Shown piece after piece: positions 18,621 through 28,004 of a stretch of 64,000 bases of DNA; position 1 is the stretch's first letter; every line of letters starts with the position of its first letter. The stretch lies in contig CAZXRF010000006.1 of NCBI GenBank assembly GCA_964642875.1, forward strand, positions 2,578 through 66,577, read 5' to 3'. This DNA comes from an uncultured Chitinophagales bacterium (lineage in GTDB: Bacteria; Bacteroidota; Bacteroidia; Chitinophagales; JADIYW01). Made by a program: the position numbers and the translations under genes. The notes below the pieces were generated by a model that searched no databases, was not told the DNA's origin, and saw only the letters and a list, made by a program, of their open reading frames with translations.

Positions 18621-19276
18621 TCTTTTCCGTACCAAATATACATTTTATTGCCATTGGCATCTACAGAAAAAGACTCGGGGAAAACAGTTGTAAATTTACT
18701 TTCAAACTGTTTATTTTCAATTTTACTATGTATGCTGTCTTCAATTTTCGAGTAAATTAAAACCCCATTTTTTCGTACACTTTTTTTCAACTGTTCTAAA
18801 AAATCAGGCTGCATAAATTGTACCGGCGTCTTATCGTCTATAAATACATCAAACAAAACGGCATCAAATTTTTCTTGATTTTTGTTTACAAACTCGGCAG
18901 CATCTGCACAAATAAAATGCACTTTATTTTTCAAGTTAGATTGTAAATATTTTTGCGCCAACTCAATAATCACATCATCTGTATCAATGGCTACAATATG
19001 CTGTATATCGACGTGCTTTTCCAATAAATCTATAACACTACCCAAACCCAAACCTAACACCAATACACTGGAAATAGGATGAGCAGCTATATTTATTTTC
19101 TTAAAAGCCGTATCAAACGAGGTGTATTTTTTTCCAAAAGAATAAATAGCGTTTCGTGTGCTCAACATGTACTGCCCTTGCCGAAGTGCAACTTCTACCT
19201 CTCCGCTAAAACTGCTTGCACGTTGCTCTATCGGAATATCTACAACATAGCTAAATATTTTTTTTAGTAGCTCCAA
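18617..19276 (-). CDS. SAM-dependent methyltransferase / spermidine-synthase-like protein
   Basis: 219 aa with the 'VLVLGLGLGSVIDLL' GxGxG motif and 'FDAVLFDVF'. Confidence 0.7.
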   Translation of the reverse strand: MELLKKIFSYVVDIPIEQRASSFSGEVEVALRQGQYMLSTRNAIYSFGKKYTSFDTAFKKINIAAHPISSVLVLGLGLGSVIDLLEKHVDIQHIVAIDTDDVIIELAQKYLQSNLKNKVHFICADAAEFVNKNQEKFDAVLFDVFIDDKTPVQFMQPDFLEQLKKSVRKNGVLIYSKIEDSIHSKIENKQFESKFTTVFPESFSVDANGNKMYIWYGKD

Positions 19277-19282
19277 AACGAT

Positions 19283-20089
19283 TTATTGATTCTTATAATA
19301 CTTGAGTGCTTCTGGTAAATATTTGTTTTTTATATCGTTGCTACGAGTTTCATCGCTGGGGTGTGTACTTAGAAACTCGGGCATTTTTTGTCCGTTATTT
19401 TGCGCTGCCATGCGTGACCAAAAAGCAATGGCTTCATTTGGATTATAACCTGCTAATGCCATAAAAATCAAACCCATTTTATCTGCTTCGCTTTCTTGTT
19501 TACGATTAAATGGCAGCATAATTCCCAATTCAGTACCCATGCCTATTGCGCCCTCAAAAATACTTCTTGTTTTCTCAGGTTTGCTGGCTAAGGCAGCATC
19601 TAATGCGGTGAAGCCTAATTCTTGCAGCATTTGCGCACTCATTCGTTCATTTCCATGACTGGCAATTGCGTGTGCTATTTCGTGACCTAATACTACGGCT
19701 AATCCAGTTTCATTTTTTGTAAGCGGTAATAACCCTGAGTACACTACCACTTTACCGCCCGGCATACACCATGCATTGGCAACAGAATCTCGTACTACAT
19801 TAAATTCCCAACTGTATTGTTTCATCTTATCGCTCATTCCTATTTGTGTCATATAATCTGTAACGGCGGTAGCAATTTTACCACCTACTTTTTTTACTAA
19901 TTCTACATCATATCCCCCTTTTTCTACTTTTGTTTTATTTGCGGTAAGAAATTGTTGGTATTCGGTCAAAGACATAGAATTCATTTGATCGTCTGGCAAT
20001 AGGGTTAATTGTTTTCTGCCTGTAATTGGGTTTTGGCTACAAGCTACCAATAAAAAGGAGAATGCTACAATTAAAATCTTTTTCATCAT
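19283..20089 (-). CDS. M48-family metallopeptidase lipoprotein
   Basis: Lipobox 'LLVAC', the 'HEIAHAIASH' zinc motif and the downstream 'ESEADKMG'. Confidence 0.9.
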   Translation of the reverse strand: MMKKILIVAFSFLLVACSQNPITGRKQLTLLPDDQMNSMSLTEYQQFLTANKTKVEKGGYDVELVKKVGGKIATAVTDYMTQIGMSDKMKQYSWEFNVVRDSVANAWCMPGGKVVVYSGLLPLTKNETGLAVVLGHEIAHAIASHGNERMSAQMLQELGFTALDAALASKPEKTRSIFEGAIGMGTELGIMLPFNRKQESEADKMGLIFMALAGYNPNEAIAFWSRMAAQNNGQKMPEFLSTHPSDETRSNDIKNKYLPEALKYYKNQ

Positions 20090-20121
20090 TTTGTTTTAGT
20101 ATTATTAGAATAGTTATTTGC

Positions 20122-23100
20122 TTATTGCGGTTGTTTTGGTTTATTGAATGTTTTATCTTTAAATCGTTCCATAAAATCTTCCATTCTCACCACAAAATTA
20201 TCACGCATACCCATATCAGCCGGCATAAATTGGAATACAACTTCCTTGCCAATTCTATAAGTTTTATCTGCATCTTTTAATAAAGTAATGGTATTGTATA
20301 TTTCAGGAATAGAGGAAGCTATACCCATTTGACCTTTCTTAATTTTAAAGAAAATCCAGCCGCCATTTATATTTTGCAAATAGATATTTACAAAATCTCC
20401 ATTGTATCCACCATATCCCAATTCTATATATGCATCATAAGAGCGTTTAATAACATCGGGACCGAAGAAAGTGAGATTTATTTTTTCTGCACATTTAAAA
20501 GAAGCATCTTGTGCATCCCAATAAAATTTGGTGCCAGTCATCATCATATTATACTCCATACTTTGCGGAATAAATACAGAATCTGAAGTGTATATAGAAG
20601 CTAATAATCTATTAGCCTCTACTGTATCTTTGGTAAGAACAGATAATGTACGTTGTGCTATTTTATTGCGCTTATAAGGTGCAAAGCTTGCAGATTCTTC
20701 TGCTAACATAAACTGATTTATAATAGTGCTTGCGATGGCAGGTTGTATCGTAATTTTAATGGCGATATCTGCTGGAATTTCTAAATTTTGATTAGTGGGT
20801 TTATACTCTAGTGTTCCCACCGTAGTTACTTTACAAGGCTCTAAATTCAACCCAAATCCTATTTCACCAGATGCCGAAATTGCTCGGGTATTTTCATTGT
20901 ACTTTAAGCAAGTGCTGTGTGAATATGGAGATGTAAATGCATTTTCATTTCCAAAAACTATAACGCCAGGTTCGGTTTTGCTGTATTGCATAGAGCCTTT
21001 TGTACTTATAATTGCGGCATCGCTTGGGTTGCGTTTTTCTTGTAATATCGTGGTATAAAACTCTGGGATGCTTTTATCCAACATTAACCCAACAAATAAA
21101 TTATTTGCTTTAGATAAAATGCTATCCATACTTACAGTAGGTTTCTTTGGGTCTAAGGTTTGGTTGTTTGGAATCCAATCGCTGTTGGTATTTGCAATAT
21201 CTACTTTGATGGCGCCGTCTAAGAAAATTTCGCGATGTTTAGAATCAAAATTAAAATTCCCTTTGTAATATACTTTATTGTCGAGTTTGAATTTTGCATC
21301 TTCTTCAATTATGTTATTTGCGTACGTAAATATTTTACTCATATCTCTGTTGTCATGCGCTTTCTTTCCTTTTTTTCCTTCTGGAATTACTTGTCCACGA
21401 TACGGATTATTTACTTTTATTTCGGGTACTACAATTTTTTCTACTGTTCCATTATTCATGGTAAAATAGTAATTACCGGCACCGGAGAAATCGTTTCTAC
21501 CAATTATATTTACTTCTGCTTCTTTTACGGTATGGAAAGTGCTATCGGCATTAAATACGACAACGGCATTTTTCAATGTTCTTACTGTACCATCTTGTTC
21601 AATAAATATTTCACCTTTATCTGGAATTACTTTTGAATCTGCTAATCTCAATTCATTGATTCCGGCAAAATGAATAGAGTTATCATTTAAGTTTAATTCA
21701 GCTTTTGCCGTTACAAATTTTAGTGAATCTTTTTGTGGATCAGTGGAGAGCAAGAAAAACTTGGAGTTTGCTGATGCTGCATTTAAGTCTAATGTATTTT
21801 TTGCTAAATCAAAATGCAAAAATTTTGGATTCGCAACGTACTTAAAAGATTCCAGAGGAATAGTGTCATTTTTATTTAATTCGATGTCTGCAATTTTATT
21901 ATCCAAATCAAATTTTGCATTTACATCATTAGAGGCTAGCAAAGACACACCATCGTCTGTAGATAAATTGAGATTACCATTTTTAGCTTCAAATTTTCTG
22001 GCTTTAAATGTAATATCGTTCGATTGTAATTTGGTATGATTCCATGATAAAATGCCCACTCCGTATAAGTTTTTACCGCTAAGGATAAGTTTGCCGTCTA
22101 GCTCGGTGGTATTATTATACATGCTGAATTTTTCTCCTTTCCCTTCTGAAATTACCAACGAATCTTTTTTCACATTCCAAGCAAAAGCAGATTGATTGAT
22201 TTTTGTTTGCGGAAAATTTGCAGTTTTATCTTCTGTAATTCTAACGCTGTCCAACTCAGCATATATGCTATCCATAAAGAAGTAAGCAGTATCGGCATGG
22301 AGCTTCGCGGGACCAAACTCAAACAACCCTTTTCCGGATAATCCTGATGCGTCTAATCGTAAATCAGCGGTATATTTTCCTTTATTTCCAAATAAGTTAT
22401 ACCCTTTACTGCCCGTATTTACATCTATACCAAATGCTTTATCGTCTTGTAATTTCAAACCCGATTTAATAGGTTCAAAAATTCCGCCAGAAATCAATTG
22501 ACCATCGAGGGAAAGCGTTTTTGTATTTAATGTATTCAAACTGTCCAATTCAAAAGGATACACTTGATAATAGAATTTATCTTTATCATATTTCTTACCG
22601 TTTTCTCCTTTATCATACGTAATTTTAGAAGTATCTATACTTGAAAAAAATGGATATTTTAAATTGTTGTTCGTACCCGATTTATTGTTAGGTTCAGCAA
22701 CATATAGCGTGCCTGTAATATTTTGCAATGGTGTTTTGGAGCGTATTAATTTTATTACGCCTTTTTCATTCGGTTTATCTGATTCAGGTACGTAGATAAC
22801 CATAGAATCTACATGTTTCATGGCAAAGGAATAATTATCATAATCGAAATCTACTTTTTTGGCAACAAAATCAAAGTTTCCCACTTGTATTTTTCCGTTT
22901 AAAGTCATTGTTCTATTTTTGCCAATACGCACAGTATCATTAGTCGGAATAAACTTCACACCTGATTTTGTGCTCATGTTTATTTCTTCTACACCATAAA
23001 CTTCCAACATGTTTGATTTAGTATCTAATCGTGCATTGACATTTCGTTTAAACGAAGCGAATTTTATAAAATCGTAATCTTGTTTTCCTCTTGATGCTAA

Positions 23101-24660
23101 AGCCTGATTCACCAATTTCTCTTTCACTTCAATTGTTCTTGTCGAAGGATTGTAATTAATATATCCATCTTCTACCAATTTAAAGAAAATAGTTTGTGTA
23201 GCTGAAAATGGCGCACCAGGATTAATGTCTAATGCTAGTGCCTGAGCATCTAAAAAGCGATTACTACCGCCATCATAATATCTATATATTTTATCTATCG
23301 GGCCTTGTTCCGACGGTCCTTTATATTTATTTTCTAAATTGGGTTGATAGTAATTGAATGATTCAAAAATTGCAGGAATATCACCGGAAAGTGTAATCAT
23401 TCCAAACTTTATTATAGTGCTATCCAAATTCCATTTAAATTCATCGGCATAAACAAACATTTTATGGTATTCACTTACAAATGGCTGTTTTGACAAGGGT
23501 TTCGTATCTCTGTATGCTTTTATATCCTTTGTTTTTGATTTATAGCTAAAATTAATATAAGGATGAGTAATGGAATTGTCTTTTAAAAATATTGTCATAG
23601 AAGCATCTTCTGCATTGATGTCTTTAAATTCTTTTATTTGAATTCTATTTGCAGTAACGCGCACCAATTCTTTTCCCTCTTTATTCATTAATGAAATCTT
23701 AGGCAATACGGTATCTGAGCCTACGCCGTAGATATTTGTGCCTTCCAACTGGAAACCTCCACTAAATTTTATCTCTTTACTTAGCGAATTAAAATTTACA
23801 TTATTGCTATAAGAGCGGAATTTCGGATACAATCGCTCTTGTGATTTTGCTTGCAATAATTTATCAGTATAAGTACCCACTTGAACTTCATTCAAAACGG
23901 GCTTGAACGTTAGTTTTGCAGAATCTATGGTGATGTCTGATTTAGTGAAATAGATTTGATGGTTACCAAAATTGACATAGTTATTTGCCGGATCAAAGCC
24001 AGAGCGTTGCATTGATATTGTACCGCTTTTTCCAACCCATAAATTTTCTAATGGATAAAAAACGCCTTTTTCATTTTTTATCACTAAAGTATCCGCATTT
24101 GAAGTACCAATTAAATCGGTAGCTGCAAAAGAAAAAATAGGTTTATCTTCTTTAAATTCTACAGTATAATCACCAGTGGTTTGCCAAGTATTCGTATTGG
24201 TATAATACAATGAATTTTTAGAATATAAATTTGTCAAGTAATCAATATACCCTATAAATTCTTTTATATTTCCCGATTTTGCTCTATCTATTAAGGCTTG
24301 TAAAATATCAAAATTTTTATCTACTGAATTAGTATTTGCTTTTGTTTCATCTAAAGTAAGTAACATGGTAGCAAGGCTCATAAACGCCGGATAAGCCGGT
24401 GCTTTTTTCAAGAGCATGGACTGTGTAATTCCTTTTATTTTAAAGAAATACGTTGCCGCTTTTCCTGTAGTAATAGCTTTTGGAAATAGTTCCGCTACTT
24501 TCTTACAATCTTCCCGACTGCAATTTGCTTTTAAAAACTCTGAGTATGATTTTCCATATCCGGCATTGTCCGCTGGAAATTCTTTTGGGTATTGCGCTTT
24601 TAGGAAATTAAATCCTACAAAAAACAAACAAAAGAGTAATATTATTTTTTTCATTTCCAC
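20122..24660 (-). CDS. Very large (1512 aa) secreted protein of unknown function
   Basis: A single uninterrupted ORF with the signal peptide 'MKKIILLFCLFFVGFNFLKAQ'. It is Asn/Lys/Thr-rich with a beta-strand-like composition. I recognised no T9SS C-terminal domain and no catalytic motif. Confidence 0.85.
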   Translation of the reverse strand: MEMKKIILLFCLFFVGFNFLKAQYPKEFPADNAGYGKSYSEFLKANCSREDCKKVAELFPKAITTGKAATYFFKIKGITQSMLLKKAPAYPAFMSLATMLLTLDETKANTNSVDKNFDILQALIDRAKSGNIKEFIGYIDYLTNLYSKNSLYYTNTNTWQTTGDYTVEFKEDKPIFSFAATDLIGTSNADTLVIKNEKGVFYPLENLWVGKSGTISMQRSGFDPANNYVNFGNHQIYFTKSDITIDSAKLTFKPVLNEVQVGTYTDKLLQAKSQERLYPKFRSYSNNVNFNSLSKEIKFSGGFQLEGTNIYGVGSDTVLPKISLMNKEGKELVRVTANRIQIKEFKDINAEDASMTIFLKDNSITHPYINFSYKSKTKDIKAYRDTKPLSKQPFVSEYHKMFVYADEFKWNLDSTIIKFGMITLSGDIPAIFESFNYYQPNLENKYKGPSEQGPIDKIYRYYDGGSNRFLDAQALALDINPGAPFSATQTIFFKLVEDGYINYNPSTRTIEVKEKLVNQALASRGKQDYDFIKFASFKRNVNARLDTKSNMLEVYGVEEINMSTKSGVKFIPTNDTVRIGKNRTMTLNGKIQVGNFDFVAKKVDFDYDNYSFAMKHVDSMVIYVPESDKPNEKGVIKLIRSKTPLQNITGTLYVAEPNNKSGTNNNLKYPFFSSIDTSKITYDKGENGKKYDKDKFYYQVYPFELDSLNTLNTKTLSLDGQLISGGIFEPIKSGLKLQDDKAFGIDVNTGSKGYNLFGNKGKYTADLRLDASGLSGKGLFEFGPAKLHADTAYFFMDSIYAELDSVRITEDKTANFPQTKINQSAFAWNVKKDSLVISEGKGEKFSMYNNTTELDGKLILSGKNLYGVGILSWNHTKLQSNDITFKARKFEAKNGNLNLSTDDGVSLLASNDVNAKFDLDNKIADIELNKNDTIPLESFKYVANPKFLHFDLAKNTLDLNAASANSKFFLLSTDPQKDSLKFVTAKAELNLNDNSIHFAGINELRLADSKVIPDKGEIFIEQDGTVRTLKNAVVVFNADSTFHTVKEAEVNIIGRNDFSGAGNYYFTMNNGTVEKIVVPEIKVNNPYRGQVIPEGKKGKKAHDNRDMSKIFTYANNIIEEDAKFKLDNKVYYKGNFNFDSKHREIFLDGAIKVDIANTNSDWIPNNQTLDPKKPTVSMDSILSKANNLFVGLMLDKSIPEFYTTILQEKRNPSDAAIISTKGSMQYSKTEPGVIVFGNENAFTSPYSHSTCLKYNENTRAISASGEIGFGLNLEPCKVTTVGTLEYKPTNQNLEIPADIAIKITIQPAIASTIINQFMLAEESASFAPYKRNKIAQRTLSVLTKDTVEANRLLASIYTSDSVFIPQSMEYNMMMTGTKFYWDAQDASFKCAEKINLTFFGPDVIKRSYDAYIELGYGGYNGDFVNIYLQNINGGWIFFKIKKGQMGIASSIPEIYNTITLLKDADKTYRIGKEVVFQFMPADMGMRDNFVVRMEDFMERFKDKTFNKPKQPQ

Positions 24661-24663
24661 TTT

Positions 24664-25503
24664 TTATGCATTCACAATTTTATTAAATACGATACAATTC
24701 CAGTTGTGCAAATTGGTATGATAAGTAGCTATCAAATGATGTTCCAAAGCACTATCTAATACCTGTTTTGCATCTTCGGAATAAAACCCCGATACCATTA
24801 GAAAGCCATTACTATTTAATGCATTTGCTAACAGATGCATGTTCTCTACCAAAAAATTACGATGGATATTTGCCAAAATAATATCAAAATTGCGTTGGTT
24901 TATTTTCTCTATTCCACCAATTTCAGGTTGTAAATTTTGAGAATTATTGAGTTGCATATTTTCTATACAATTTCTATAACACCATTCATCATTATCTAAG
25001 GCAATACAATTTTTTGCACCCAATTTTTCAGCAAGTATGGCTAAAATCCCAGTCCCTGAACCACAATCCAACACCGATTTATTCTTAAAATCCAACAGAT
25101 GCATATTTTTTATCATCTGCGAAGTGGTAGCATGATGTCCTGTGCCGAAAGACATTTTTGGGTCTATAATAATTTCATGTTTTACCGTTTTATTTTCGGG
25201 ATGAAAAGTAGTGCGCACATATACTTCATCGTCGATTAAAATTGGCTGAAAACTGCTCTCCCATTGCGCATTCCAATTTTTATTTTCTAATTCTGACTTT
25301 GTAAATGTAGTATTATAAATTTGGCAAATGTCTTCAATGTATGGTAGTGCTACTGCAAGTTGCGTATCATTTATATACACTTCTATTTTATCCTCTTTTT
25401 CTTCTACGCCATCTACGTCTATTACTGAAAACAAGCCGGCAAATTCTTCTTTATCGAATTGGTGCGGATACGGTATGGAATATATATTTATCATATTATG
25501 CAT
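24664..25503 (-). CDS. prmA: Ribosomal protein L11 methyltransferase
   Basis: 279 aa with 'SFGTGHHATT' and 'VLDCGSGTGILAI'. Confidence 0.92.
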   Translation of the reverse strand: MHNMINIYSIPYPHQFDKEEFAGLFSVIDVDGVEEKEDKIEVYINDTQLAVALPYIEDICQIYNTTFTKSELENKNWNAQWESSFQPILIDDEVYVRTTFHPENKTVKHEIIIDPKMSFGTGHHATTSQMIKNMHLLDFKNKSVLDCGSGTGILAILAEKLGAKNCIALDNDEWCYRNCIENMQLNNSQNLQPEIGGIEKINQRNFDIILANIHRNFLVENMHLLANALNSNGFLMVSGFYSEDAKQVLDSALEHHLIATYHTNLHNWNCIVFNKIVNA

Positions 25504-26266
25504 TCATTGATTGAATAATAGTTTTAAATTCTGCTGCGTTTAACGATGCACCTCCAACTAATCCACCGTCAATATCTTTGCAAGAAAATAATTCTACAGC
25601 GTTTTTTGCATTTACACTTCCTCCATACAATATGGAAATTTCTTCGGCAGTCATAGCTGAATATTTATTTGCAATCTCATTTCTGATAAATGCGTGCATT
25701 TCTTGTGCTTGTTCGGGTGTTGCTGTTTTTCCAGTACCAATTGCCCATATAGGTTCATATGCAATTACACATTTTTTCAAATACGATTCTTCTAATTGAA
25801 AAAGACACGCATCTAATTGCTGTTGCACAAACTCATAGTGTTTATTGGACAATCGGATATCCAATGGCTCGCCGCAACAGAATATTGGAGTTAAATGCTG
25901 CTTGTGTATTTGCAATAATTTTTGCAGTAAAATTTCATCGTTTTCATTAAAATATTGTCTCCGTTCTGAATGTCCGATTATTACATATTGTGCCTCTAAA
26001 GAAGCTAGCATTTTTGCAGATACTTCCCCTGTATATGCACCTTGCTCATACTCGCTACAGTTTTGTGCAGCTGTATGAAAATACGTTTTTGATGCAAATG
26101 CTGCTGAGGCAAAATGCAAATAGGGAAAAGGCGTTGCTACAACTACTATTTTATTTTCTGATAAAATATTTTCTTGAATATTTTCCGTCAATGAATTTAA
26201 CAGAGCAATAGCCTCGTCTTTGGTAGTGTTCATTTTCCAATTGCCGGCAATTATTTTCTTTCGCAT
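25496..26266 (-). CDS. tpiA: Triose-phosphate isomerase
   Basis: 256 aa with 'IAGNWKMN', 'IIGHSERR' and 'AYEPIWAIGTG'. Confidence 0.97.
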   Translation of the reverse strand: MRKKIIAGNWKMNTTKDEAIALLNSLTENIQENILSENKIVVVATPFPYLHFASAAFASKTYFHTAAQNCSEYEQGAYTGEVSAKMLASLEAQYVIIGHSERRQYFNENDEILLQKLLQIHKQHLTPIFCCGEPLDIRLSNKHYEFVQQQLDACLFQLEESYLKKCVIAYEPIWAIGTGKTATPEQAQEMHAFIRNEIANKYSAMTAEEISILYGGSVNAKNAVELFSCKDIDGGLVGGASLNAAEFKTIIQSMNA

Positions 26267-26282
26267 ATTTTTATTTTTTTTG

Positions 26283-26374
26283 TCATTTCGACTCTAGGAG
26301 AAGCCTATTCCATTTAATTAGTGCTTTTCATTTCGAGACTGCTTTTTATGCTCGTTCCCAAAGTTTTGGAATGA
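26283..26374. repeat. Short intergenic repeat: TCATTTCGA at 26283-26291 and 26328-26336, plus an inverted imperfect copy TTGGAATGA at 26366-26374
   Basis: Read directly from the sequence. Copies 2 and 3 can form a 9-bp stem (with G-U pairs) around a 29-nt loop. It resembles the GTCATTxCGA-type small intergenic repeats seen in Bacteroidota genomes (from memory). Confidence 0.35.
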
Positions 26375-26383
26375 CGTGCATTT

Positions 26384-27556
26384 CTATCTATTGTCAAAAA
26401 TATATTTTAAAATTTGTTTGTCGGTTTCAGTGAGTTTTACTTTTCTTCGTTCCATTACGCGTTGTGCTACTTCATAGGCTTTCTCTAGGTCAAAAATGGC
26501 ATTATTTCCCCATGAGAAATCGGGAATAAATTTTGGTGGAAATCCGGCATCAAAAACATTAGCACAAACACCAACTACTGTACCCGTATTAAATTGAGTA
26601 TTAATAGCAGCCTTTGCATGATCACCCATAATTAATCCGCAAAACTGCAAGCCTGTGTTTATATAATCTTTAGTCACATAGCTGTATGCATTTACTTTTC
26701 CATAATTATTTTTCAGGTTAGAATTATTAGTATCTGCACCCAAATTGCACCATTCTCCAATTACGGAATTTCCTAAAAAACCATCGTGTCCTTTGTTGGA
26801 AAAACCGAAAATAACGGAGTTAGATATTTCGCCTCCCACTTTAGAAAATGGGCCTACAGTGGTATCTCCGTAGGCTTTAGTTTGCATTTTTAAAGAAGCA
26901 TGTTCGCACAATGCAAATGGCCCACGGATAGTACAACCTTCCATTATTTCACTATCCTTTCCCAAATAAATGGGGCCATCTTTTGTATTTAATGTTGAAC
27001 ATTCACAACTTGCACCTTCTTCTATATAAATTTCAGACCCTAATAATGTGTTAGTTGTAGAAAGTTTTTCGGGATTGGGCTTTAATCCTAACAACAGAAT
27101 GTCCTTTTTTATTTCCTGACCGTTGAATGTGAAAATATCCCAAGGATGCGCTAGAATTTTAAGGCTTGAAAGTGTAGAAGTATGGGTATTAAGCTGTTTG
27201 TATATTTCGGAAAAATCAGAAATTGAGGTAATAATTCTTGTCGTTTTAAATGCAATTATTTTATTATCATACTTTAAAGCATGTTCATTTTGTAGTTTAG
27301 AAATTTCTGTAAAACATTCCAATGAGGGTAAAATATTTGCATTTACAAAAACTGTGTGCTCATTTTGAGTATAAGTATATTTTGCTTGCAGATAATCTTG
27401 TGTTAAAATATCAACTTGAGTATCAAAATATTTTTCCCATTTCTCTTTAATTGTCAGAATACCGATTCTTATATCTGCAACGGCACGTGTTGCTGTAAGT
27501 GGCAATAATTGTGTCCATTGTTCACCATCAAAAAGTACATAATGTTGTTTAGGCAT
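26384..27556 (-). CDS. GlmU-like sugar nucleotidyltransferase / left-handed beta-helix family protein
   Basis: Hexapeptide-repeat C-terminal half ('IGEWCNLGADTNNSNLKNNYG'). I prefer the ATG at 27556 (MPKQHYVLFDG) because the 27580 start would run into the rpmE2 terminator. Confidence 0.75.
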   Translation of the reverse strand: MPKQHYVLFDGEQWTQLLPLTATRAVADIRIGILTIKEKWEKYFDTQVDILTQDYLQAKYTYTQNEHTVFVNANILPSLECFTEISKLQNEHALKYDNKIIAFKTTRIITSISDFSEIYKQLNTHTSTLSSLKILAHPWDIFTFNGQEIKKDILLLGLKPNPEKLSTTNTLLGSEIYIEEGASCECSTLNTKDGPIYLGKDSEIMEGCTIRGPFALCEHASLKMQTKAYGDTTVGPFSKVGGEISNSVIFGFSNKGHDGFLGNSVIGEWCNLGADTNNSNLKNNYGKVNAYSYVTKDYINTGLQFCGLIMGDHAKAAINTQFNTGTVVGVCANVFDAGFPPKFIPDFSWGNNAIFDLEKAYEVAQRVMERRKVKLTETDKQILKYIFDNR

Positions 27557-27573
27557 AGCGTAAAAATAAAAAA

Positions 27574-27594
27574 GTCGCAACGTAAAGTTGCGAC
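27574..27594 (-). terminator. Rho-independent terminator of rpmE2
   Basis: GTCGCAAC/GTTGCGAC 8-bp stem. The T-run is on the minus strand (revcomp of 27560-27573 is TTTTTATTTTTAC). Confidence 0.75.
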
Positions 27595-27618
27595 TTTCCT
27601 GAAATATCTTTAGATAAA

Positions 27619-27864
27619 TTATTTTTTAGCGTATTTTTTATTGAATTTATCAATACGTCCTGCTGTATCTAATAATTTTTGTTTTCCTGTATAGTAAGGA
27701 TGTGACATGTTAGAAACCTCTAATTTCACTAATGGATAATCATTACCGTCTGTCCACTTAATGGTTTCGCGAGAGGTTGCACATGATTTAGCTAAAAACA
27801 TGTGGTCGCAAGAGAAGTCTTTAAATACGACAAATCTGTATTCTTTTGGATGGATATCTACTTT
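27619..27864 (-). CDS. rpmE2: 50S ribosomal protein L31, type B
   Basis: '[17 protein letters not shown]....[24 protein letters not shown]'. The start is taken at the internal ATG at 27864. Confidence 0.93.
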   Translation of the reverse strand, partial: KVDIHPKEYRFVVFKDFSCDHMFLAKSCATSRETIKWTDGNDYPLVKLEVSNMSHPYYTGKQKLLDTAGRIDKFNKKYAKK

Positions 27865-27885
27865 CATAAAGTTCAATTTGGACTG

Positions 27886-27893
27886 CAAAGATA
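27886..27893 (-). promoter_or_regulatory. Candidate -7 box (TATCTTTG on the minus strand) for rpmE2
   Basis: Exact TAnnTTTG, 21 nt upstream of the ATG at 27864. Confidence 0.35.
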
Positions 27894-28004
27894 CTATTTT
27901 ATTTGAAATTCTAAAAGGTAATTTAAAAGATTAACATTAAATCTGAGTAAAATGAAAAAAGACTGAAAATAAAGCACTTACGTATTAAACTACCGCCTAT
28001 TACA

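Noticed and set aside
20329-22039. Cluster of plus-strand ORFs of 63-133 aa inside the 1512-aa gene (20329-20586, 20795-21058, 21068-21268, 21235-21636, 21278-21469, 21743-22039).
   Set aside because: They are mutually overlapping and fragmentary, with Phe/Ile/Ser-rich nonsense-like sequences. They are best explained by the codon bias of the long minus-strand ORF depleting stops on the opposite strand.
27619-28004. Type-B L31 as a possible Zur-regulated zinc-sparing paralog.
   Set aside because: I saw no palindromic Zur-like box in the upstream 140 nt. Type-B L31 is, as far as I recall, often the only L31 in Bacteroidota, so there is no support for a zinc switch here.
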